Positions 39,133 to 53,655 of a stretch of DNA of 64,000 nucleotides are shown here, one piece after another. The translations under genes and the position numbers were made by a program. Origin of the DNA: Octopus sinensis (taxonomy: Eukaryota); NCBI RefSeq assembly GCF_006345805.1, contig NC_043016.1, positions 32,054,001-32,118,000 of the forward strand, given 5' to 3'. Positions within the stretch are counted from its first letter, which is position 1, and every line of letters begins with the position of its first letter. The notes beneath the pieces were generated by a model. The model did no database searches and was not told the DNA's origin. It saw only the letters and a program-made list of their open reading frames with translations.

Positions 39133-40474
39133 TTAAGGTGCAGGCATGGCAGTGTTGTTATGAAACTCACCTTGCAATTACATTGTTTCATTTTTCAGTC
39201 TCACTGCACGGTACTTTGGTCGAGTGTCTTCTACCAAGGCCTGCCACTTGACGACTGGTGTTGGTTTGTTTACATTCTCATAACTTAGCAGTTCAGAAAA
39301 AGAGACCGACAGAATAAATAACAGACTTATAGCATAAATAAATAAATCATATGTATTGGGATTAATTTGTTTGACTAAACACATCAAGGTGGTGCCCAAG
39401 CAAGGCCACAATCCAATGGCTGAAACAAAACTTGTTTCATTATGGGCAAATATCATTGCTTACAGTGGCACAAATGCTTTCAGTTACTATTTCCAGTATG
39501 CTTTGTATTGAATTGGTGGAAATATCTCATGAAGTATTCAACACTACTTCCTAAAAGATATAAGTTAGGCAGTGATGGTGAATAAAGGAGACAATACTTT
39601 TCACCACCCTAACATATACTCTTTTACTTGTTTCAGTCATTTGACTGTGGCCATGCTGGAGTACTGCCTTTAGTCAAACAAATCGACCCCAGGACTTATT
39701 CTTTGAAAGCTTAGTACTTATTCTTTTGCTGAACTGCTAAGTTACAGGGACGTAAATGCTCCAACATTCGATGTCAAGTGACTCACACACACACACATAT
39801 TTATATATACGAGGGGCTTCTTTCAGTTTCCTTCTACCAAATCCACTTATAAGGCTTTGGTCAGCCTGAAGTTATAGTAGAAGACACTTGCTCAAGGTGC
39901 CTCACAGTGGAATTGAACCTGGAACCATGTGGTTGGTAAGCGAGCTTACCACACAGCCAAAATATAAAAATGGTTCTGCATTAACATATTCACACACAGA
40001 AAAACCAAAAAATGTCATAGCTGTATAGTTTAGAAGCTCATTTTTCAACCACATAATTTTGGGTTCACTTCCACTGCATGTCACCTTGGGTAAGTGTCTT
40101 CTACTATAGCACTGAGCTGATCAATGCTTTGTGAATGAATTTGGTAGATAGAAACTGTGTGAAAGCCCATTGTGTATCTATACTGTATGTAGATAGGGTT
40201 AGAATCCAGGCTGTGTTCTCTTGAAGAATATCTGCTTATTCCAGTTTTCCAAAATTGTATGTGGTTGTTATATTTGAGTGACAGATTTGAAAAATACTGG
40301 GAAAAGTTTTGGCATTATTTATCCACCATTACATGTTTCATTTGCTAGGATTTCTAATACGAAGTATGTGACCTGTTTTCTATTACATGTACACCTCTGT
40401 AACTCCTATTCACAAATGAAACACGTGTAATGGTGAATAAATAACGTCAAAACTTTTCCAACCTCCTGCTTTGT

Positions 40475-40685
40475 TATACATACATACATACATACACACA
40501 CACACATACATATATACGTGCATGCATGCATACATACATATATACGTGCATGCATGCATACATACATATATATGTACATACATACAAACAAACATACACA
40601 CATACAAACATGCATACATATATACATACAAGCATGCATACATACATACATACATACATACATACAAATATGTGTGTGTGTGTTT
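40475..40685. repeat. (TACA)n-type microsatellite
   Basis: Direct inspection. Confidence 0.93.
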
Positions 40686-40988
40686 TATGTCGTCAGTATT
40701 TAATATATATGAAAAAAACACACTGTAAAACATTAGAGTAGTAATAAATTTTTAGGAAGTTAAAAGTAATGGCTGGTCATACATTGCAAATTGGAATCAC
40801 ACCTATAAAGCATTTAGCAGTATAGGCAACTCAGCCATAACTTTAAACTTCCTGAAACACATACACACACACACACATATGTATGTATATGTGTGGTTTT
40901 GTGTCTGTTCTACCCCAACCACTGCTTGAGAAACCAGTGCAAAAAGAGTTGATAAAATGAGTGCCAAGAACATTTTATTGGACTAGAC

Positions 40989-41220
40989 CATGCATGGGGA
41001 AAATGCGGCCCTCGACATGTTGTTGTGCAGAACTCGACAAGTTTCTAGGTTATTAATTTCATACAATAACAAATAAAATTAAGAACTGCAAAAAATTCAG
41101 TGTAAAATGTTTAAAGTAATATTTCATGCATATTTTTTTTTACTATGCAGCCCTCCCACTTGGAAAGAGTATAGTGTGGACCCCCCCCCCCCATAGTTGA
41201 CGAAAAGTTGCCCATCCCTT
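40989..41220. mobile_element. hAT-type MITE with 8-bp TSD, inserted in a SINE remnant
   Basis: gactagac at 40981-40988 and 41221-41228; degenerate TIR close to CAGGGATGGGCAA; internal tgcggccc motifs. Confidence 0.8.
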
Positions 41221-43650
41221 GACTAGACTTTTCAAGGCAGTGCTCCAGCATGGCTAATGTCCAATGACTGAAACAAGTAAAAGATTAAAGATTTAAAAAA
41301 AATTAAAATATCCTAGCCGGAATTAAATACACGAAGGACTTTAATCAATTACTTCCCCTTAGATTCTAACCGGTCTTCCTATCTCTTATGCGTGGTTCAC
41401 GATCCTCGACTCAGCTGTACGTTTCTTTTTTTCTGTCTTCTCTATGGGAATTTTTCAACTTTACTTTTGAATTAGCTGCTGATACTAATATTTCTTTCTT
41501 TCGCACATGGGAGCAAAAGTTCTAGTTTGCTGTTATTTTTATCCTAGATATTTTAATTTTCAAACTTTGTAAATTTATTAATTTGAGTAATAACCGCTTC
41601 TTTCGTTAGATATTTAGTCTATTTGTCGTCTTTGTATTACATTTTTTTATTAAAACAAAAACACCCGAATGCACGCTCGTGCTCTTGTTCGGACAGACAC
41701 GTTCACACTAATTGAAACGCATGTTCTTTTTTACCGACGAAGATTTACTAAGCGATAAAGCAGCCACTACAAAGCACTTGAGGTATTAGAAATTGATGTC
41801 CACATCTTCATTAAACAACCATTCTATACGGTCTTAAAATAATAATAAAAAGAAAGGATGCGTTAGATATTGTAGTCAGTCACAAAGATGGTCACGGTTG
41901 GAGCGTTTTTGACTTTAGGTCTGTTCATTCAGCACTCGTATGTGGCTAAGTAGTGCGGTAACATCAACACATGTTTATATTGCATCAGCTTTGCGATTGG
42001 TGATAACAGAAGCCCTATGGAAGTATTACTGTTGCAATTATGTAGCGTGCAGAAGTTTTACACAAACTTCCGTTATTCACTAACCTAAAAGGAAGAAAAA
42101 AAATTTTTTGTAATTGGCGGATACTTTTATGAAAAGTATATATCGCGAACTAGCAGTTCTTAACCGCAGCCCTCAAGCATCCTACCCGCGGCCCTTGACG
42201 GTTTAGCTTCTATAAATCTATTATAGTCTTCTATTGAAGAAGAATATAATAAATTCTTCTCTAATTGTCTTTTACAATGTTTGGGTACGGCCCTAAAAGA
42301 AATCCAGGTTTTGGATCTGGCTATGATATTAAAACAGTTGAGGGCCATTGGCTCAAACGGAGGCGATGTTTCGATTATTGTACACAAAAGCAGGGTTACC
42401 GTCTTAAAATAAAATAAATAAACCATATCGGATAATGTAGTTTTAGATGAAGTATATCCCAATAAAAATATGAAATGATCACAGCAGGAATACCTTTCAC
42501 CATAAGTTTGTCGGATGAGGACTGACTTGGGGAAAAAACAAACACCAGATGCAACGTTGATGGCTAAATGTGTGCGTGTGCGTCAGCTTTTTCGCTTTGG
42601 GATTTTTAAGAATTCGAACCGGTCTCTACAAAAGTAGGAAGGCTCATTTGTTTAGGTCAAGAGAACATTTAGGGATCTGTGGTTCTCTGAATTGGTTGAT
42701 GCATGAATATAAATGTATAACATTATGATCATCGATTAGCGACTGTTTTCCATGCTACGGTTTGACATAGCGCTGGCCAGCCGGGGAGCTGTTTTGGCAT
42801 GGTTTTTACAGAGTATGCTGGGTGCTTTTTACGTGGCACTGGCATCTGCAAAGGACAAGCCTGTTTGTATGTGGAATAAATTTGCTGTCATGGGTGTGCA
42901 TGTTACAATTGAAAACGTGTGCATTTTCATTACTGTTTGTGTGTGTGTGTGTCTATGCTTTCCATTTGTATGTGTGGTTGTGTGCACATACATACCCGGG
43001 ACACTCAAGTGGAAAATACCTGAAATGTTTTACAATTTCTCTCTGCTAAACAGATCAGTTGTATCTGGAGAATGCAAGTTCTGTTCTTTGTATGTATGTC
43101 TTGGATATAACATTAAGCTGCATCCAGTAGTGGCAAAGGAACAGAGACAACACGCACCCACAAACACCTGGGTTTCTTTCAGTTTCAGTCTAACAAATTC
43201 ATTTATAAGGATTTTGTCAACCTGAGGAGTACAAGATACTTGACCAAGCGTACCACACTGTGGGACTGAACCCAGAATCACGTAGTTGAAAAGCAAATTT
43301 CTTACTACACAGGCATCATTCAAAAGTCACAACAACGTGAAGAAGCGCATTGGCACTAGTGGTGTGCAACAAAACCTGATAGTCTGGTTGATGCAGACTA
43401 TCAGATTAGTCTATCAAATATAATGCTTATCTATCACATACATGTAATTCTGTATACACATGTACACACATACACTTACACAAACACATAGTATATATAA
43501 ATCACAGTTTGTGTGTGTATATTGACTAATGTATATATTTCCACAATTCTCAACCAATTTTCACTAAACTTTACACATACATTACTTATGTGCCAAGGAT
43601 GGTCATGCACTATAACATATGGCCCAGAGCTCCCACATAAATGAACAAAC

Positions 43651-44045
43651 AGGCGCAGGAGTGGCTGTGTGGTAAGAAGCTTGCTTCCCAACCACATGGT
43701 TCCGGGTTCAGTCCCACTGCGTGGCACCTTGGGCAAGTGTCTTCTGCTATAGCCTGGGGCCGACCAAAGCCTTGTGAGTGGATTTGGTAGACGGAAACTG
43801 AAAGAAGCCTGTCGTATATATATATATGTGTGCGTGCATGTCTGTGTTTGTCCCCCTAGCATTGCTTGACAACCGATGCTGGTGTGTCTATGTCCCCGTC
43901 ACTTAGCAGTGCCGCAAAAGAGACCGATAGAATAAGTACTGGGCTTACAAAAGAATAAGTCCCGGGGTTGAGTTGCTCGATTAAAGGCGGTGCTCCAGCA
44001 TGGCCACAGACAGATGACTGAAACAAGTAAAAGAGAGAAAAGAGT
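43651..44045 (+). mobile_element. SINE family A flanked by a 74-bp perfect direct repeat
   Basis: 43577-43650 is identical to 44046-44119. Confidence 0.9.
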
Positions 44046-44978
44046 ATACATTACTTATGTGCCAAGGATGGTCATGCACTATAACATATGGCCCAGAGCT
44101 CCCACATAAATGAACAAACTGGGAAAAATTATGGTTTACATGGGGTTTTTCTCTAATTCGTTGTATGTAGGGTCTTCTATACTTTTTTAATCTATATTGG
44201 CATCAAAGAATATGTTTTTAGTGGTTTCCACATGTTTTGATTTATTATTCATGTTGTAATTGTGTATTATTACTTTCTATATTTTTTATATGTGTATTGG
44301 TGTATATTTTTTTAGGGTTTTGGTTAGAGAATATTATAAAAGTGAAAGAATTTTGTCTATTTATTTATTTCAACTGTTTTTCATACTTTTTTAATCTATA
44401 TAGTCGTATATTTGCATTACAGAATATATTTTTGATTTATTATTTATATGTTAAACCATCCAAAGGATGGGTGCGTTTGCTTGAGGAGACCTATTGAGTC
44501 GAGTACATCAACATCAAATGGAAATTGTAGTTGTGATATCCGTGCTGGTGGCACATAAAATGCACCATCCAAACATGGCCGATACCAGCGCCGCCTTGAC
44601 TGGCTTCTGTGCCATTGGCACGTAAAAAGCACCAACCGATCGTGGCCACTGCCAGCCTCCTCTGGCACATAAAAAGCACCCACTACACTCACAGAGTGGT
44701 TGGCATTAGGAAGGGCATCCAGCTGTAGAAACACTGCCAGATCAGATTGGAGCCTGGTGCAGCCTCCTGGCTTTCCAGACTCCGGTTCAACCGCCCAACC
44801 CATGCTAGCATGGAAAACAGACGTTAAACGATGATGATGATGATATTTATATATACATTTTTAGGCATCCAGCCGTAGAAACTCTGCCAGATCAGACTGG
44901 AGCCTGGAGCGGCCCCTGGCTTCCCAGACCCCGGTCGAACCGTCCAACCTGTGCTAGCGCGGAAAACGGACGTTAAAC

Positions 44979-45009
<31 letters not shown>

Positions 45010-47651
45010 TATATAACTCTTGCATTCAGATTACTCTATGAAATATAATGCTTATTTATTCACATTGTTTTAAATTAATCATCATTATCTCCTAGCTTTG
45101 AGATTTTGATGATGCGATTATTTTTAGAATGACATTGTAGAGTAGGTGTGATAAGCTGGATATTGCCAGTTTGAACATGAAACATGGATACGTTGGCCAG
45201 GTACGGTCAGCTTAATTGCTACATTCAGTTAGCTGTTCTCCTGTGGCCATGTGTGGAATGGCGGAATTCTTATCTCATTTTTAACACATTGGTGTTCAAA
45301 TTTCTTTGTCAAATGTAATGCTTATTTATTCATATTGTTTTGGATCAATCATGTATTACCTCATAGCTTTGAGATTTCAATGATGTGATTGTTTATTTTT
45401 AGAATGACATTGTAGGATAGGTGGGAAAGACTGGATCTGGTCAGTTTCAACATAAAACAGAATATATGGACTGGATTTGGCTGGTTTAACCCTTTAACAT
45501 TCACATTATTCTGTGAAATATATTGCTTATTTATTCACATTGTTTTCAGTTAATCTTGCATTACCTCATAGCTTCAAGATTTCAATGATGTGATTGTTTA
45601 TTTTTAGAATAACATTGTAAGGTAGGTGTGAGAGGTTGGATCCGATCAGTTTGAACATAAAAAAAACAATTAGAATATTTGAGCCAGACATGGCTGGTTT
45701 AATTATAGGGTTGTGGTGTCAATTTTTAAGGGTGCAGTATTTTTGATCATGACAAAGGCCTCAAGAATTTGAATAAAGTTTGTATTTGATGCTAAAGTTG
45801 TTTTAAATGGCTATCATTCTTCTCATTTTTTTTGTCTGTTGTTCTTCAAGATTCTGTTCTTGGTTTATATATATTTCTTTATTGTCCAGAGGGGGCTAAA
45901 CCTAGAGGGGACAAACAATGACAGACGAAGATATTAAGTCGATTACATCGTAACCTAAAGGCTGAAAGGCAAAGTTGACCTCGGCAGAAATTGAACTTAG
46001 AATGTAACACTGCTAAGTATTTCACCTGGTGTGCTAACGATTCTGCCTGTTAGACGCCCCATATTAATGATATGTTGTTTGATATCATATTTAAGCTTGC
46101 CATCTTTGCTTGAAATTAATTACTGTTGATTAGGTCATTATTATTGTTTAACATCTGTTGTCCATGGTGGCAAGCTAGGGAGCTAGAACAGGCTAATCTG
46201 ATTTGGCAAGGTTTCTACAGATGGATACCCTTGCTAATGCCAACCACTTTACAGAGTGTACAGGGTGCTTTTGCATGATGCTGCACAAGTGCTTTTACAT
46301 GGCACTGCATGGGTACTTTTCCGTGGCACCACACAAGCACTTTTATGTGGTGACACCATAAGTGCTTTACACCACCTGAGGGACTGGTCTTAACACTTCT
46401 GCTGCTGGTATGCATAGTGATGTGAGGGTCACCCCCTTCAGTCATCAATAACCATGGGATTGCACTTAGAAAGTTACCCTCCAAGGCACAAATCCAGGAT
46501 AGGTTGTTTATGGAAGATCAGCAATCACTAATGCATACCAGCCTCCTCTCTCCATGCCATTATATGTACATGCGGTAAAACGTAAAGACCCCCCTTGGGT
46601 CATGATGACCATGGGATTGCACCTAGAAAGTTATCCTCCGAGGCACAAGTCCTGGCAATGCTGTTTATGGAAGACCAGCAGTTGCCCATGCATACCAGCC
46701 TCCACTCTCCACACCAGCGACGTTATCCAAGGGAAAGGCAAAGGGGCGATACAGCTTGGCACCAGTGACGTCACAACTCATTTCTACAGCTGAGTGAACT
46801 GGAGCAATGTGAACACAACACACAGCACGGTCCAGGAATCAAACTCACAACCTGACGATCATAAGCTCGACGCTCTAACCACTGAGCCATGCACGTTCGC
46901 ATATAGCAATATGGAGACCACTGATCATTGACTCTGTGGTGAAATTTAATTTTTATTAAATAAAAGTGGAAATCGTATTGTAATTGTTTCAGAAAAGCAT
47001 CTTATGTGATAGTTTAGTCCTGGATCAGTTCTAATCAAAGGGAACTAAGATCAAACATGCTAGCCGTGATAATGATGATGATGATCATCATCATCATTTG
47101 GTGTTTGTTTTCCATGCTGGCATGGATTGGATGGTTTTAGAAAGCGTGCAAGGCCATGAGCTACATTAGGTTCCATCGTCCGTTTTTGCATGGTTTCTAC
47201 AGTTAGATGCCCTTTCTAATGCCGGCTGCTTTATAGAGTGTCCTAGCTACTTTTTATGAGGTACTAGCACCATCAGTCACCCTATACCTTGTGGCTCAAA
47301 ACCACATCCTCTCAATACTCTTCCCCTCTCCCAGTTGAGGGTTTTTGTTAATCCTCTCATCTTATTTTTCTGATAGAGATTATCTCTTATTGTAAGACTG
47401 TAGAGAGTGATTTGAGGAAGATATATTTGTTATTTTTAGCAGGTTAAACAACTACATATAGACTCCCATGTTGACTAGACTTGTGTAATGCTTTGTTTTT
47501 AGACAAAAATCCCTTTGCATGTGACAAAATAAGAAACAGTAATATACCTGCAATCAATCAATCGACTTCACCTTTTCCCTTTATTATCCTAGCAAGGAAA
47601 TGATTATTATGAAGACAGTACCTTCTCACTCAAATCTATATTTCATTACAG

Positions 47652-47770
47652 ATGGAACGAAAAGGCACGAAGAAACTAACTGAATTCCTTGAAATACAGG
47701 ACGCACAGCAGGCTCGATGGGAAAAAGAGAAAGTATTTGAAGGGGATGCATTCACTTCAGATCCTCAAAA
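47652..47770 (+). CDS. LARS1: Cytoplasmic leucyl-tRNA synthetase, first visible coding exon (MERKGTKKLTEFLEIQDAQQARWEKEKVFEGDAFTSDPQ)
   Basis: ttacag acceptor, gtaagt donor, 119 nt. Resembles the metazoan LeuRS N-terminus (ERKGT...W..E.VFE). Phase 2 end joins the next exon in frame. Confidence 0.9.
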
Positions 47771-48218
47771 GTAAGTACAAAAGAGAAAAGAATATATATT
47801 TTTTTCATTTAAAATTTAATTAACCCTTTAGCATTCAAATTTCTTTGTCAAATGAAATGCTTATTTATTCACACTGTTTTGAATTAATTAAGCAGTATCT
47901 CTTAACTTCAAGATTTTGAAGATATGATTGTTTATTTTTAGGTTAACAATGTAGGATAGGTGTGAGAGACTGGATCTGGTTAGTTAGACCGTAAAAAAGG
48001 TAGAATATTTGGGTCAGATATGGCTGGTTTAAATGTTAAAGATATATATATATACATAGGTGCAGGAGTGGCTGTGTGGTAAGCAGCTTGCTTACTAACC
48101 ACATGTTTCCAGGTTCAGTCCCACTGTGTGGCACCTTGGGCAAATGTCTTCTACTATAGCTTTGGGCTGACCAAAACCTTGTGAGTGAATTTGGTAGACA
48201 GAAACTGAAAGAAGTCAT

Positions 48219-48261
<43 letters not shown>

Positions 48262-48598
48262 CACACACACACACATGTAGTACTCCAGCATGGCTGCAGT
48301 CGGGTGACTGAAGCACATAAAAGAATATATAAATGTATGTGTGTCTTTATTCCTTCAACATCGCTTGACAACTGATGCTGGTGTGTTTATGTCCCCTGTA
48401 ACTTAGCAGTTTGGCAAAAGAGACCCATAGAATAAGTACTAGGCTTACAAAGAATAGGTCCTGGAGTCGATTTGTTCAACTAAAGGCGGTGCTCCAGCAT
48501 GGCCGTAGTCAAATGACTGAAACAAGTAAAAGAACAAAATAATACATGAGTTGATATCAGTAGGTTCCCAGACTAGTTATGTTTAATAAGAAATATCT

Positions 48599-48836
48599 TA
48601 CATTATTTACACTTGACGGATATTTGTCCTCATCTTGTTTGTTAACACGTTTCGGCTGATATACCCTTCAGCCTTCTTCAGGTGTCTTGGGGAAATTTCG
48701 AACCTGGATTCTCATTCCTAAGGTATTTTTCGATATTATTATTATCAGTGTTCAGGTCACTGCTTGGAATCGAACTTGCAATGTTGGGGTTAGTAGCCTG
48801 CGCTCTTAACCACTACGCCATATTCTCGTGGGCATA
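48599..48836 (-). mobile_element. Family H element in a LARS1 intron
   Basis: Minus strand: atggcgtagtggttaagagcgc...gttcgattcc...gacacCTGAAGAaggctgaagggtatatcagccGAAAcgtgtt. A partial copy lies at 22506-22612. Confidence 0.78.
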
Positions 48837-48849
48837 TCTTATTTGCCTA

Positions 48850-49270
48850 AGTTTTAACATCGTCTCCTTCAAAATAGTCACTTTGCATAGCAACGCACTG
48901 GTGCCAGTGTTCCTGCCACTTTTGGAATCTGGCCTGGAAGTCTTTGAGGACCTTCTGCAATTTGCTTTGGTGCTTGGCAACAGTGTTAAAATGGTGGCCT
49001 TTGTGCTGCTTTTTCATCTTGGGGAAGAGATGAAAATCTGCAGCTGCTAAATCTGGTAAATGAGGTGTGGATGCGGAAGCAATACTATGTTGTTTTCGGC
49101 GAGAAACTGATCACAAAATCACAAATTTCACAACTTGTGAAGTAAACACAGCAATGTCGTTCGATGCACTGCCTCATGAAGGCCACTGCTAGCTCTCACT
49201 GCGCATGCAACTGTGTGCTGCCGTCTGTTAGCATACTACAGAGCTAGTCCGAGAACTTTTTCATACCATA
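48850..49270 (-). mobile_element. Internally deleted mariner remnant
   Basis: Minus-strand DLAAADFHLFPKMK-like motif with frameshifts. Confidence 0.55.
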
Positions 49271-49663
49271 ACTTTGAGATTTCAATGATGTGGTTGTTTA
49301 TTTTTAAAATGACATTGTAGGGTAGGTATGAGTGGTTAGATCTGGTCGGTTTGAACATAAGACACAAAGTATTTGAGCTGGTTATGGCCAGTTTAAATGC
49401 TAAATGGTTAAATATAGTAAAGATTGTTTGCCAACATAACATGGCAGCCCTGGTTTAGGACTAATGTTGCTGTAATTTAGCCCCAGGAGACATCATCTCC
49501 TGCTGGCTATATGACATGATCTGTGTCTTTATATTTTCAAACAAGGGAATCTAGGTTAAATATAGTTTTTTCCATTTTTAATATTCTCTAAATGTTGTAT
49601 ATTTTCTGAAAAAAAAGAATAAAAAATTATAATTATCTTTTAAATTTTTTTTTTAATTTATAG

Positions 49664-49751
49664 AAAAAACAAATACTTTGTAACGTTTCCATATCCTTAT
49701 ATGAATGGAAGACTGCATCTGGGACATACATTTAGTTTGTCAAAATGCGAG
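49664..49751 (+). CDS. LARS1: LARS1 exon with the class I HIGH motif ([29 protein letters not shown])
   Basis: ttatag/gttagt splice sites, 88 nt. [14 protein letters not shown] is the signature of eukaryotic cytosolic LeuRS. Confidence 0.97.
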
Positions 49752-51977
49752 GTTAGTATTAAATGTCTTATATGTAATCATCCATTTCACTGAGTGTTCT
49801 TTGTTCCTTCTTGAGCCATACCTGGCTCATAAGGGCCAGTTTCCCAGTTTCATTGGTGTATAAGTTTCCCACCTGGATAGGATGCCAGTCCGTCACAGGT
49901 GAGCTGCTAGATGTAAGAGGAAAGAGTGAAAGAAAGTTGTGGCGAAAGAGTCATCAGAAGCTTGCCATTACCTTCTGCTGGAGCCGTGTGGTGCTTTGGT
50001 GTTTCGCTCATAAACACACACATCACCCGGTCTCAGATTCGAACTTGCAATCCCTCAACTGCAAATCCCCTGCTCTAATCACTAGGCCATGTGCCTCTAC
50101 TGAGTAATAATAGATATATTGAATTTAAACAGTATTTGTTTAGACCAGTGTATTTCAGCCATTTTTTTACTTCTGCAGTCCTTTTGATTCTTATTGTACT
50201 CAGATAACCATTCCTAGCCGTTTTGATGTTTTACAAAATTCCTATTCAATTTTTATAATTAAATATTATTAGGAATTGTATTAAAAAAATATATTGTTAA
50301 AATACTTTGTGTACTGTAGAAGTTTGACTAATATCATCATCATCATCGTTTAACGTCCGCTTTCCATGCTAGCATGGGTTGGACGATTTGACTGAGGACT
50401 GGTGAATCAGATGGCTGCACCAGGCTCCAATCTGATCTGGCAGAGTTTCTACAGCTGGATGCCCTTCCTAATGCCAACCACTCTGAGAGTGTAGTGGGTG
50501 CTTTTATGTGCCACCGGCATGAGGGCCAGTCAGGCGGTATTGACAACGTCCACGCTCAAATGGTGTTTTTTATGTGCCACCTGCACAGTAGCCAGTCCAG
50601 TGGCACTGGCAATGACCTCGCTCGAATGTTTTTTCACGTGGGTTTGACCAGAGCTTGCAAGCTGGTGGGGCTGCACCAGACTCCAGTATGCTTTGGCATA
50701 ATTTCTACAACTGGATGCCCTTCCCAACACCAACAACTTTTACGTGGCACTGCATGGACACTTTTACATGGCACTGCACAGGTACTTTTACATGACAGCA
50801 CTATGAGTGCTCTACACCACCAAAAAGATTGGTCTTAACACTTCTGCTGTGGAGTACGGGTCTTTTTGAGTACAGTCAGGCATCTCATCAGAAAGTTTCA
50901 GCTTCCTGAATTCATCCTTCAGTTCTTCACCCCATGTCATCCTGGGTCCCCCCACTTCCACATGTTCCATCTATTTTGAGAGGTTGGCACTTCTCTATGC
51001 AACTGTCCTCATCCATCTGCATCACATGACCAAACCAGTGCTGTCTTCTCTCTTGCACACAGCAACCAATTCCTCTTATGCCTAACATCTCCCTCAGGAC
51101 ACCAGCGCTCTGTCATGTATGCACACTTACATTACACATACAGTTGAACATACCAGTGTCATTCCTTTCTAACCTTCGCATGACCTCTACATTCAGGGTC
51201 TACATCTCATTACCATGTAGAATTGTCCATAATGTATTGCCAACAAATTTTAACGTCTTATTTGGATCCCAGTTGAGAATGACTGGTTTAGACCAATATT
51301 CTTACATTGAAGGTCGTATGGTGTGTCAGATCTTATTCTAATTTTTTTTTTTTTTGTTAGTCAGTAAAAGGTTGGAAATTCTTCTCCTTTTTGACAAGGT
51401 ATTGAGTGTTGTAATCTATGTTCTGTCAGATGGAGCTAAAGAGATGGATTTATTGAACAATCGAAGTTGATCATTGCTTGTGCTAGAAAGAATATAAGGA
51501 AATATGCGATCATGAAGTTTCTTAACACTGGCAATCAACAAACGCTTTTCTTGAGCAATTTAAGGTTTAAAGAATTAATAGTCTTGAAAGCCTTATGTGA
51601 TTTTGTCACCTTCTTTAGAAAGGTTACAAGGATATAGGGTAGGTGCGAGAAGGTGGTTCTTGTTGGTTTGAACATAAAATGGAGAATATTTTGGGCCACA
51701 TACGGCTAGCTTAACCCTTTAGCATTCAGAACACTGTCAAATATATCATCATCATTGTTTAACATCTGTTTTCCATGCTAGCATGGGTTGGACAAATGCT
51801 TATTAATTGACATTGTTTTCAATCAATCATGCATTATCTCATAATTTTGAGATTTCAATGACTTGATTGCTTATTGTTAGAATGACATTGTTAAATAGGC
51901 ATGAAAGGCCAGATCTGTTCAGTTTGAACATAAATTGCTGGTTTAACTCTTTAGCATTCAGATGTAATACTCATTTA

Positions 51978-52371
51978 CTGTAAATCCTTGAATATAGTCC
52001 ACCCTTGAATATAATAATACGCAGGGGATTTTTAGGTGGGTGTACCTCTGAAAAACCTATGCACCCATTCTCTAATTTGAGTCAAGGAGGTCTATATAAT
52101 GTCCTTGGTTTGTAAAAATGTATACGGTAACGTCCTTTATTATTATTGTATATATCACATAATGCAACGTGAAGCTTTTTTGTGCATTTTGTTTGCAGAA
52201 AATAATGAAATAACAGTAATAACGTTTAATAAACATTGCCAGACAGCAAATAGAGATTCGAACATTGCTTTGGAAATAATTTTCATTTTTAACCTCGTGT
52301 ATAGTATGCACTAGGGATTTTGACCTTTAAATTTTGGGGAAAAAATGCAGATTATACTCGAGGATTTACAG
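51978..52371. mobile_element. pogo/Tc2-type MITE with TA TSD
   Basis: TA|ctgtaaatccttgaatata ... tatactcgaggatttacag|TA. Confidence 0.8.
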
Positions 52372-52587
52372 TAATTACATTCTTTTCAATTAATCATTTC
52401 AATGACGTAATTGTTTATTTTTACAATGATATTGTAATGGTAGGTATTACCGTCTAGATCTGGTCAGTTTGAACGTAAAAGGCTGGAGCTGGTCAGTTTA
52501 AATGCAAAGGGATTAAGAGATTTATGATACAAAAATGTCTTTTTTTTTTTTTGTTTTTCACATGCTGCTTTCTTTTTCCTTTCTCAG

Positions 52588-52668
52588 TTTTCAATTGGCT
52601 TTTGGAGATTGAAAGGAAAACATTGTCTATTTCCATTTGGACTTCACTGTACTGGGATGCCAATAAAG
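52588..52668 (+). CDS. LARS1: LARS1 exon ([27 protein letters not shown])
   Basis: Polypyrimidine-cag acceptor, gtaaac donor, 81 nt. Contains conserved [14 protein letters not shown]. Confidence 0.97.
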
Positions 52669-53574
52669 GTAAACCGATTTTTATTTAAACAAAGGATTTT
52701 ATATTTCAGATGATATTTTGTTTAATAATTATTTTCTCAATGGATTTACTCCAATAGAAATGTTTTGAAAAATTTTATAACGTAATTTATTTTATTCTTG
52801 TTACTTGTTGCAGTCATTTGACTAGCCATGCTGGAGCACTGCCTTGAAGTGTTTTAGTCAAACAAATCAATTCCAGGACATATTTTTTAAGCCTAGTACT
52901 TATTCTGTTGTTCTCTTTTGCTGAGCTGCTAAGTTATGGGGGTGTAAACACACCAACACCGGTTCTCACATGGTGACGGAAGGGGGATAAACAGAAAGAC
53001 ACACACACCACAATATATATAGGGCTTCTTTCAGTTTCCGTTTACTTTTAGAATGTCCAACTGATTGCATTTATGCAATTTATTTTTAACATTTGGTAAG
53101 TTTTATATTGCTACAAGCAGAAACACTCAGCCTTGTCTGGGTTTAGTAATGTCTAACGTAGATACTATCACATCACATAGGTACTATCACGTGATTTAAT
53201 CATATTTTGGATAAATTGCTTTAAAAATATGCTGGTAGTCTTCATTTGATCTGGGATTCTTAAAACTGTAATGTGTGTGTGTGTGTATAGAAGCAGGTGT
53301 GCTTTGTGGTAAGAAGTTTTGCTGTGTAACGTCTAGAGCAAATGTCTTCTACTATAAATCTTCGGTTGACCAAAGCCCTGTGAATGGAAACTGAACGAAG
53401 CCAGTTGTATATTTGATGTTTGTGTGCTTACATCCCCGTAACTTAGCAGTTTGACATAGAGAGCAATAGAATAAGTACCAGGCTTAAAAAATAAGTACAG
53501 GGGTCGATTCATGACTGAAAATTCTTCAAGGCAGTGCCCCAGCATGGCTGCAGTCTAATAACTGGAACTAGTAA

Positions 53575-53646
<72 letters not shown>

Positions 53647-53655
53647 GTATATATA

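Noticed and set aside
42160-42462. 100-aa minus-strand ORF
   Set aside because: No recognisable domain or splice context; its end contains hAT-like gcggccc motifs.
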